This document shows positions 56,370 through 64,000 of a DNA stretch of 64,000 nt, in pieces (position 1 is the first letter of the stretch; each line of letters begins with the position of its first letter). This DNA is from Acidobacteriota bacterium (GTDB lineage Bacteria > Acidobacteriota > UBA6911 > RPQK01 > JAJDTT01): positions 4,544,001 through 4,608,000 of the forward strand of contig CBDCJH010000002.1 in assembly GCA_965217775.1 (NCBI GenBank). Direction: 5' to 3'. The notes below the pieces were generated by a model. That model saw only the letters and a list, made by a program, of their open reading frames with translations. It was not told the DNA's origin and did no database searches. The position numbers were made by a program, and so were the translations under genes.

Positions 56370-56810
56370 CTATTGACTGACCTCGACTCCCATGCTCCGA
56401 GCCGTTCCCAGGATGATCCGCTTGGCCGCCTCCATGTCGCCGGCGTTCAAATCGGGCATCTTGACCTGGGCGATCTCTTCCACCTGCTCCATGGTCACTT
56501 GGGCGACCTTGCTCTTATTGGGCTCCGGCGAGCCCTTGGCGATTCCGGCGGCGCGTTTCAACAGGACCGCGGCCGGAGGCGTCTTGGTGATGAAGCTGTA
56601 GCTCCGGTCGTGGTACACCGTGATGACCACGGGAATGATCAACCCTTCGTCGGAGCTGGTCTTGGCGTTGAAGGCCTTGCAGAAATCCATGATGTTGACG
56701 CCCTGCTGGCCCAGGGCCGGCCCCACCGGGGGAGCCGGAGTCGCCTTGCCGGCCGGGATCTGGAGCTTGACCATTCCGATGACCCGCTTGCCTCTGGTGC
56801 GTCTGGGCAT
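56370..56810 (-). CDS. rplK: 50S ribosomal protein L11
   Basis: [28 protein letters not shown]. Confidence 0.98.
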   Translation of the reverse strand: MPRRTRGKRVIGMVKLQIPAGKATPAPPVGPALGQQGVNIMDFCKAFNAKTSSDEGLIIPVVITVYHDRSYSFITKTPPAAVLLKRAAGIAKGSPEPNKSKVAQVTMEQVEEIAQVKMPDLNAGDMEAAKRIILGTARSMGVEVSQ

Positions 56811-56836
56811 TTATTTCTCCTATGCGTTGAGGAGTC

Positions 56837-56968
56837 CGGCGACAACAAAGTCGCTGCTCCCGGACGGCGGCAAGAAAGCCGCCCGTCCCAGTCGGCGACA
56901 AGAAAGTCGCCGCTCCAAGACGGCGGCTGGAAACCGCCGCTCCTTCCGGCGGCTGGAAACCGCCGCTC
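56837..56968 (-). repeat. 5 tandem REP-like hairpins between nusG and rplK
   Basis: CTTTCTT-loop and TTTCCAG-loop variants at 26-28 bp period. Confidence 0.85.
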
Positions 56969-56969
56969 C

Positions 56970-57536
56970 TCAAAGCTTTTCGACTTGTATGAACTCCAAT
57001 TCCACGGGGGTCGGCCTTCCGAAGATGGTCACCATGACCTTCAAGGTGCTCCGCTCCACGTTCACGTCGTCGACTTCTCCGGTGAAATTGGAGAACGGAC
57101 CGTCGATGATCTTGACCAAGTCGTCCTTTTCGAACATGAACTTGGGCTTGGGCTTCTCGGCGGCCGTCGACACCCTCTGAACCACCTGGTTGACCTCTTC
57201 CTCGGTCAGGGGAGTCGGCTTGTTCCCCTGGCTGACAAAGCCGCTCACCTTGGGCGTGTTGCGCACCAGGTGCCAGGTTTCGTCCGTCAGTTCCATCTCC
57301 ACCAGGATGTACCCGGGAAAAAAGAGCTTGGAGGTGACGACCTTCTTGCCGCCGCGCATCTCCACCACGTCTTCGGTGGGTATCAGGATCTGACCGATCA
57401 TTCCCTGCAGACCGTAGGCCTGCACCCGGTTCATGAGGCCCTCGGCCACCTTCCGCTCGAAGCCGGAATAGGTGTGGATGATGTACCACTTCTTCCGGAG
57501 TACGGATTCGCCCGAGACACCCATGGAATCCTCCAA
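56970..57536 (-). CDS. nusG: transcription termination/antitermination factor
   Basis: WYIIHTYSGFE, FPGYILVEM, KOW GPFSNFTG, IFGRPTPVEL. Confidence 0.98.
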   Translation of the reverse strand: MEDSMGVSGESVLRKKWYIIHTYSGFERKVAEGLMNRVQAYGLQGMIGQILIPTEDVVEMRGGKKVVTSKLFFPGYILVEMELTDETWHLVRNTPKVSGFVSQGNKPTPLTEEEVNQVVQRVSTAAEKPKPKFMFEKDDLVKIIDGPFSNFTGEVDDVNVERSTLKVMVTIFGRPTPVELEFIQVEKL

Positions 57537-57624
57537 CGGCGAACCCTCCTTCCTTCTTGTTGTCGCGGAGCCGATCGGCGCGCTCCGCAGCGCCCCGGAC
57601 CTGCCTCCGGGGAAAGCGCTTCGG

Positions 57625-57840
57625 TTACCGGAAAAACTCGAAAACCCTGTCCACGAGGTTGCTCAGAATCATGTCCACGAAGAAGAGATAGAACCCGAAG
57701 AAGAAGACGCTGATCAGCACCACCGTCGTGGTCCCGTAGACCTCGTTGCGGCCGGGCCAAGTGACCTTTCGCAACTCCCTCCTCACGTCATAGTAGAAGC
57801 TCTTCAACCTCCCGGGAGCACTCGCAAGTTTTTCCAACAT
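57625..57840 (-). CDS. secE: preprotein translocase subunit SecE
   Basis: ELRKVTWP plus one TM helix; conserved gene position. Confidence 0.95.
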   Translation of the reverse strand: MLEKLASAPGRLKSFYYDVRRELRKVTWPGRNEVYGTTTVVLISVFFFGFYLFFVDMILSNLVDRVFEFFR

Positions 57841-57877
57841 GACGGTTCCGGACCACAGCCGCGCAGGGTCCCCAAAT

Positions 57878-57955
57878 TGGCAGGCCAGGAGGGAATCGAA
57901 CCCCCAACATCCGGTTTTGGAGACCGGCGCTCTACCAACTTTGAGCTACTGGCCT
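57878..57955 (-). tRNA. tRNA-Trp(CCA)
   Basis: AGGCCAG acceptor, CCGGT-CTCCAAA-ACCGG anticodon arm, encoded CCA. Confidence 0.96.
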
Positions 57956-57967
57956 ATCGAAAATCAT

Positions 57968-58117
57968 TTATCGCGCCTCGCGGTGGGCCACGTGGCGACG
58001 ACACCAACTGCAATATTTTCTCAGCTCGAGCCGCCCGCGCTGAGTCTTCTTGTTCTTGGTCGTATTATAGTTTTTCCGGTTGCACGCGGTGCATCGGAGG
58101 ATGATGATATCGCGCAT
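57968..58117 (-). CDS. rpmG: 50S ribosomal protein L33 (Zn-binding form)
   Basis: Manual translation [49 protein letters not shown]; too short for the ORF track. Confidence 0.96.
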   Translation of the reverse strand: MRDIIILRCTACNRKNYNTTKNKKTQRGRLELRKYCSWCRRHVAHREAR

Positions 58118-58121
58118 CGGC

Positions 58122-59309
<1,188 letters not shown>

Positions 59310-59347
59310 GATGGAACTCCTGAATTAGCCTTGACTGTCAGTTGGAA

Positions 59348-59419
<72 letters not shown>

Positions 59420-59459
59420 ACATACCCGTCTCGCCGGCTGTTGTCCACGAAGCCACTGT

Positions 59460-59535
59460 TGGAGCGGGAGACGGGACTCGAACCCGCGACCGATAGCTTG
59501 GAAGGCTATTACTCTACCAACTGAGTTACTCCCGC
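59460..59535 (-). tRNA. tRNA-Gly(TCC)
   Basis: GCGGGAG acceptor, CTTCCAA loop, encoded CCA. Confidence 0.96.
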
Positions 59536-59599
59536 CCTCCACCGTATGCGAAAAACCCGAGTCCGTTCTTTCTGGATCCATGGAGGGCGGCTACTGGTC

Positions 59600-59684
59600 T
59601 GGAGGGGGCAGGATTCGAACCTGCGTAGCCCCGAAGGGCGACGGGTTTACAGCCCGTTGCCTTTGTCCACTCGACCACCCCTCC
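59600..59684 (-). tRNA. tRNA-Tyr(GTA)
   Basis: GGAGGGG acceptor, CTGTAAA loop, long variable arm GCCCTTCGGGGC. Confidence 0.95.
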
Positions 59685-59799
59685 TCATTGCGATCGGGGA
59701 ATTCCTGATCCCCATCCGCCCCGACGTGTCGCTCCTGCCAGTGCACCCTACCTTCCTGCAAAGCAGCCTCATTGCCAGGGAGGATACGGGAAGTGCCAA

Positions 59800-59828
59800 A
59801 TTATACGCACTTCGGGTGATGGATTCAA
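59800..59828 (-). promoter_or_regulatory. sigma70 promoter for the tRNA-Tyr/Gly/Thr-tuf transcript
   Basis: TTGAAT-N17-TATAAT on the minus strand. Confidence 0.7.
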
Positions 59829-59893
59829 ACAGAAAATGGGACGACCTCGAGCCGCCGGTCGCGCCACCCGGGCTTGCGTTTATGGAAAGGGAG

Positions 59894-59965
59894 AGCTGGC
59901 GAAGGGAATCGAACCCCCAACCTACTGATTACAAATCAGTTGCTCTACCCTTGAGCTACGCCAGC
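59894..59965 (-). tRNA. tRNA-Thr(TGT)
   Basis: GCTGGCG acceptor, CTGAT-TTGTAA-TCAG anticodon arm; CCA not encoded. Confidence 0.95.
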
Positions 59966-60075
59966 TCGGAACGCTACGGCCGTGGAGGCACGGCAGAGGG
60001 GAACACTATCACAATTCGGTGAAACGACAATCGGCGATGGCTGAGGGGAAATATCAGGTTTCAAAGTGTAGAGTT

Positions 60076-61323
60076 TTAAAGTGTAGAGGGGGGACTGTCG
60101 CCCCCTCTAGACCCCCCTTTTCGGCGGCTGGAAACCGCCGCTCCTTTCGGCGGCTGGAAACCGCTGCTCCTTTCGGCGGCTGGAAACCGCCGCTCCATGT
60201 CCCCGAAGGCCAGGCGGTAGGCGGAGATTCGGAAGCGGAAGAGGTGGCGGCAGAATTCCAGGTCGCCGATCTTGCGGGTGGAACGGATCCGGCGGCGTCT
60301 GCGTAGCATCGGGCCCGCCCCGGCCAGGGCGTCCCGATAGGCCCGGACCTGCACCCGGAGCAGGAGCCACAGGGAGCCTTCCCGGCGGAAGTTGCCGGCG
60401 GGCCCCCGGCGGAGCAGCGCTGCACAGAGGTTCCAGGCCAAGCGATAGATGGAGAAGATGGGGTTCAGGAGAAGGAGGGGGAGGGGGAAGTTCTTGAGCG
60501 CCAGCCAGAGCCGGTTCCGCTCCACCCAGTAGATCTTCCGGGGAGAGTAGGGGCCCAGGGTCGAGGAGTGATGGTGGTGCACCACCGCTCCGGGCACATA
60601 GAGGCAACGCCAACCCAGCCAGCGGGCCCGGAGCCCCAGGTCGGCGTCCTCCGCGTAGGCGAAGAAGCTCTCGTCGAAGCCGCCGACCTCTTCCAGAACC
60701 TGCTTGCGGTACAGAGCGGCACAGCCGTCGGCCGCGAGGACTTCTTGCGTCGCGTCGTACTGACCCCGGTCGCGTTCGCCGGTTCCCCGGCCCCGGTTCT
60801 GCCCGTCCGGAAAAATCACGTGCCCCGCCTTGTCGATGACGTCGGACCCGTGGAAGAGGATCTTGGAGGCCCACATGCCCACCTCCGGCGAGGCGCCGAT
60901 CCCGGACACCAGTCGTTCGATCCATTCCGGAGACGCCACGGCGTCGTTGTTCAGCAGAGCCACCAGATCGCCCCGGGCCTGGCGGACTCCCAGGTTGACG
61001 GCGGCGGCGAAACCTCGATTCTCAGGGAGGGACAGAAGACGCACCCCATGGCCGGCAAAGGAGGTGACGACGTCCGTGCTGTGGTCCCGGGATCCGTTGT
61101 CGACCACCAGGATCTCAAGCCGGGGCCAAGTCTGGTCCAGGAGCGATTGCAAGCAGGCACGGAGCAGCGCGGCGCGGCCGTAATTCACCACGACGACGGA
61201 AACAAGTTTCCTATTGCGGTCTGGAGAATCGGCGACAAGAAAGTCGCCGCAATCCGGCGGCAAGAAAGGCGCCGCTCCCAATCGGCGGCAAGAAAGCCGC
61301 CGCTCCTGCCGGCCAACTGTCAT
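60076..61323 (-). CDS. GT2-family glycosyltransferase; both termini read through REP hairpins
   Basis: VSVVVVNY, VVDNGSRD, NRGFAAAVNLG, LLNNDA, GFDESFFAYAEDADL; start uncertain. Confidence 0.88.
   Translation of the reverse strand: MTVGRQERRLSCRRLGAAPFLPPDCGDFLVADSPDRNRKLVSVVVVNYGRAALLRACLQSLLDQTWPRLEILVVDNGSRDHSTDVVTSFAGHGVRLLSLPENRGFAAAVNLGVRQARGDLVALLNNDAVASPEWIERLVSGIGASPEVGMWASKILFHGSDVIDKAGHVIFPDGQNRGRGTGERDRGQYDATQEVLAADGCAALYRKQVLEEVGGFDESFFAYAEDADLGLRARWLGWRCLYVPGAVVHHHHSSTLGPYSPRKIYWVERNRLWLALKNFPLPLLLLNPIFSIYRLAWNLCAALLRRGPAGNFRREGSLWLLLRVQVRAYRDALAGAGPMLRRRRRIRSTRKIGDLEFCRHLFRFRISAYRLAFGDMERRFPAAERSSGFQPPKGAAVSSRRKGGSRGGDSPPSTL
60122..60196 (-). repeat. 3 tandem REP-like hairpins inside the GT2 3' end
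   Basis: GGAGC(G/A)GCGGTTTCCAGCCGCCG x3, 26-bp period. Confidence 0.85.
61230..61306 (-). repeat. 3 REP-like hairpins (CTTTCTT loop)
   Basis: Includes GGAGCGGCGGCTTTCTTGCCGCCG (61283-61306), the intron-free equivalent of the intron insertion site. Confidence 0.85.
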
Positions 61324-61344
61324 GGACCCGGAATGCCAGGGGGC

Positions 61345-61668
61345 TCAGACAACCTTGCGTCCTTTTCCGACGACGTACTCCCGGAGCATGTCCACGTTGC
61401 CTTCGACCCGGGAGATGCATTCCGTAAGTGAGACTTCGACCCGGGAGATGCGGTCTGTAAGTGAGACTTCGACCCGGGAGATGCGGTCACGGATTTCGCC
61501 GCGTTCACGGGTGGCATCGTGAAGATCCGAGCGGATCACCGCCAGTTGCTCGTTGAGATCCCGGCGGTTGGTCCGGGACTGAGTGAGGATAAGGCCCCCC
61601 AGGCTGACGGTGGCGGTGAGGATGAGGCCACCGAGTGAAACGATGATGATGGTGAGTTCGGACGTCAT
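61345..61668 (-). CDS. small membrane-anchored coiled-coil protein with 11-aa repeats
   Basis: N-terminal hydrophobic segment with duplicated VSLGGLILT; (R/C)ISRVE(VSLT) x3 encoded by 33-bp repeats (about 61402-61492); paralog at 63778. Confidence 0.8.
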   Translation of the reverse strand: MTSELTIIIVSLGGLILTATVSLGGLILTQSRTNRRDLNEQLAVIRSDLHDATRERGEIRDRISRVEVSLTDRISRVEVSLTECISRVEGNVDMLREYVVGKGRKVV

Positions 61669-61730
61669 TGGAACGCTCCCTGCAAGTTTACTCCGTCGGA
61701 GCCGGATTGGACAATTCCGTTACCGGTCAA

Positions 61731-61746
61731 GGCAATCCGCGTGCCA
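61731..61746 (-). promoter_or_regulatory. putative sigma54 promoter of the coiled-coil gene
   Basis: TGGCACGCGGATTGCC matches TGGCAC-N5-TTGC. Confidence 0.65.
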
Positions 61747-61812
61747 CGGGGAGTTCGGCGGCTGGACCAGGATCAACATTTCTACTGCGGTCCGGAGAAT
61801 CGGCGGCAAGAA

Positions 61813-63729
61813 GTCACGGTAGGAACGGCAGTTTCCTGCCGCCCCCCGCACAGATCCGGACGTGCCCGTTAAGGCATCCGGCTCCTACCTTGGGTGTGGA
61901 CGGCCAGCGGAACCGCTGCCCCGGCCACGGGTGACGGATCTTCACGGATGGCCAGAGCAATTCCGTCATCCGTCGCAACCGTCCCCAGCTGAAGCGGTCG
62001 CGTTGGGACCGGCGGCGCAAGGCTCGCAGCCACCGCCGTTGCAGCAGATAGCAGAAACCTCGCAGCCAGCGCGTACTCCCCGGAACCGCAAAATAGTTCA
62101 GCCAGCCGTTCAGGACCCGGCTCAACCATTTCCCGACCTCCCAGTGATCCGCGTGCCGTTGTCTCCACAGCCTCTCCCCCACCCGTTGCAGGGTCCGGTT
62201 CATCCGTTTCGCGCTTGGCTTCCGCCCCAGCCGGAAGCGTCCCTTCCGGGTCTTCGCACAGTAGTGCGTGAACCCCAGAAAGTCGAACGTCTCCGGTTTC
62301 CGCTCCCCGCGTCGTCGCCGATCCGCTGCCGCAAATCGTCCGAACTCCACCAGTCGCGTCTTTTCCGGGTGCAGTTCCAGCCCGAACTCGGCGCACCGTT
62401 CCCCCAGGTCTCGGAGAAACCGTTTCGCGTCCGCCCGTCTCTGGAATCCGGCCACGAAGTCGTCCGCATATCGCACCAGGATCGCTTCGCCTTTCGGGAC
62501 TCGTGGGCGCCACGTCCGATGGAACCATTGGTCCAGCACGTAGTGCAGGTACACGTTGGCCATGACCGGCGAGACGTTGGCGCCCTGAGGCGTCCCTCTC
62601 CCCGTGTCCGACCAGGTCCCTTCTTCCATCACGCCGGCGTTCAGCCACTTGCGCAGCAGCCGCAGCACCCGCCGGTCTCCGATCCGCCGTTCCACGAACT
62701 GCATCAGGCAGTCCCGGTCGATCGCATCAAAGAACGTCCGAATGTCCGCGTCCACGATCCCATTGACTTTCCGCCGTTCGATCCCGTAGGCCAGTGCATC
62801 CAGCGCGTCATGCGCCTTCCGTCCGGGCCGGAACCCGTAGCTGAGCCCGAGAAACTCCGCCTCGTAAATCGGCGTCAGGAGCTCGTCCACGACTGCCTTC
62901 TGGAGGATCTTGTCCTCCAGCGCGGCCACGCCGAGCGGTCGTGTCCTTCCATCCGGCTTGGGGATGTTCACCCGCCGGACGGGAGGCGCTCGGTACGCGC
63001 CCCGGTGCACGCGGCGATGCAGGTCCAGCAGTCGCTCTTCCAGCTTCGCCCCGTACTCCTCCCACCGTACCCCGTCGATTCCCGGGGCAGCGTCCTTTCT
63101 CAGTCCGAGATAGGCGCGGCGCAGGGCCTCCACAGTGATATGGTGCAGCAGCGCGGTCAGTCGCTCCTTGGGGTTTCTCGCGATCGCTCGCCGTATCCGG
63201 TCCACCGCTTGGGACACGCTCCCCCGACTCTGCGTCCGGCGCGTGCTTTGGCTCACCGAATTCCCCTTGGTTCCATCCCTTCGCTCCACCGGCTCCGCCG
63301 AGGGTCGCCCCTCTTTGTTCGCCCGCTTCATCGCTACTATGGATGAATCCGATTGCTTCGTTCCGTCCATCATGAGTTTCGGGTTACTCCTTTCTCATGC
63401 GACCCCGGGGCGACCCCCCGGCGTGAAATGAAGCCCTCCCAGGTCCCGGAACAAGATTTGCGTACGTGCCTGGGTTCTTTGACACCGCGGAGCCCGGCCG
63501 TCCCTCACCTGGGCGGTCCAGCCGGTGTTGCCTTCGACCGCGACTACAGCCTCGGCACTTCCGATCATGGAGCTTTCGATGCTCAATAGCCTGCCCATAC
63601 GCACCGCTACCGACGCTTCGCCGACACCCTCACGGGTGCCAACGCACGGCTCGCGGAGAAACGTGGATGGTTAGTCCTTCGTTTCGGCGGACTTCCACCG
63701 CCTATCTTGTGCCAGTTAGCCTGGCGCAC
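61813..63729 (-). mobile_element. complete group II intron (IIB, bacterial class E-like), 1917 nt
   Basis: 5' GTGCG; domain V GAGCCGGATGCCTTAACGGGCACGTCCGGATC; domain VI ending CCTACCGTGAC; the flanks rejoin into one REP hairpin. Confidence 0.93.
61814..63373 (-). CDS. ltrA: group II intron reverse transcriptase/maturase, no endonuclease domain
   Basis: AAPGIDG, IPKPDG..RPLG, SYGFRPGR, DADI..FFD, GTPQG, RYADD, FDFLGF, domain X GWLNYF. Confidence 0.95.
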   Translation of the reverse strand: MMDGTKQSDSSIVAMKRANKEGRPSAEPVERRDGTKGNSVSQSTRRTQSRGSVSQAVDRIRRAIARNPKERLTALLHHITVEALRRAYLGLRKDAAPGIDGVRWEEYGAKLEERLLDLHRRVHRGAYRAPPVRRVNIPKPDGRTRPLGVAALEDKILQKAVVDELLTPIYEAEFLGLSYGFRPGRKAHDALDALAYGIERRKVNGIVDADIRTFFDAIDRDCLMQFVERRIGDRRVLRLLRKWLNAGVMEEGTWSDTGRGTPQGANVSPVMANVYLHYVLDQWFHRTWRPRVPKGEAILVRYADDFVAGFQRRADAKRFLRDLGERCAEFGLELHPEKTRLVEFGRFAAADRRRRGERKPETFDFLGFTHYCAKTRKGRFRLGRKPSAKRMNRTLQRVGERLWRQRHADHWEVGKWLSRVLNGWLNYFAVPGSTRWLRGFCYLLQRRWLRALRRRSQRDRFSWGRLRRMTELLWPSVKIRHPWPGQRFRWPSTPKVGAGCLNGHVRICAGGGRKLPFLP

Positions 63730-63777
63730 AGCCGCCACTCCTGTCGGCCGACTGTCATCGACCCGGAGCTAGGAGGC

Positions 63778-64000
63778 TCAGACAACCTTGCGTCCTTTTC
63801 CCACGAAGTACTCGCGGAGCACGTCCACGTTGCCCTCGACCCGAGCGATGCGTTCGGTAAGCGATGCTTCGACCTTGGCGATGCGTTCGGTAAGCGACAA
63901 TTCGACCTGGGCAATACGTTCCGTAAGCGAGACTTCGACCTGCGCGATGCGGTCACGGTTTTCGCGGATTTCTCGGGCGGCATCACTCAGCCGTGAGTCG
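63778..64000 (-). CDS. paralogous coiled-coil protein with 11-aa repeats, 3' part (runs off window end)
   Basis: Manual translation ...RDRIAQVEVSLTERIAQVELSLTERIAKVEASLTERIARVEGNVDVLREYFVGKGRKVV*; same C-terminus as 61345-61668. Confidence 0.85.
   Translation of the reverse strand, partial: DSRLSDAAREIRENRDRIAQVEVSLTERIAQVELSLTERIAKVEASLTERIARVEGNVDVLREYFVGKGRKVV

Noticed and set aside
56837-56968. REP clusters as CRISPR repeats or integron attC sites
   Set aside because: Only 2-5 nt between units, variable orientation, no RYYYAAC/GTTRRRY boxes and no intI or cas gene.
61402-61492. 33-bp repeats as a CRISPR array
   Set aside because: Contiguous in-frame coding repeats with no unique spacers and no cas genes.

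Overview
High-GC bacterial chromosome segment, most likely Acidobacteriota (inferred from the Cys-rich insert near the RpoB N-terminus and the overall gene set). Right third: core tRNA(Thr/Tyr/Gly/Thr)-tuf-rpmG-tRNA(Trp)-secE-nusG-rplKAJL-rpoBC cluster. The rest is housekeeping and metabolic genes (pabB, a split peptide ABC transporter, cysH/sat-cysC, lpxB, mnmA, menC/NAAAR, hydantoinase B, ubiA-like), a histidine kinase / sigma54 activator / ECF sigma module and a compact pilB-pilT-pilC-pilin locus. About 35 GGAG-headed REP-like hairpins (counted by eye) are scattered through the window. Main unusual observations: (1) a complete group II intron sits inside a REP hairpin, and its predicted EBS1/EBS2 are complementary to the REP consensus; (2) two integrase-free, defence-like cargo modules (a two-ATPase/TPR pair and a DUF433/DUF5615 TA pair) are each bracketed by a diverged 155-190 bp duplicate of the 3' end of the gene they follow (pilT, parA); (3) the sequence predicts a kinase -> sigma54 activator -> orphan ECF cascade with shared TGTC-N9-GACA boxes; (4) a 158-bp MITE-like element occurs twice; (5) tandem small coiled-coil genes differ in their number of 11-aa repeats. 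All family assignments are from motif recognition by eye; no searches were run.
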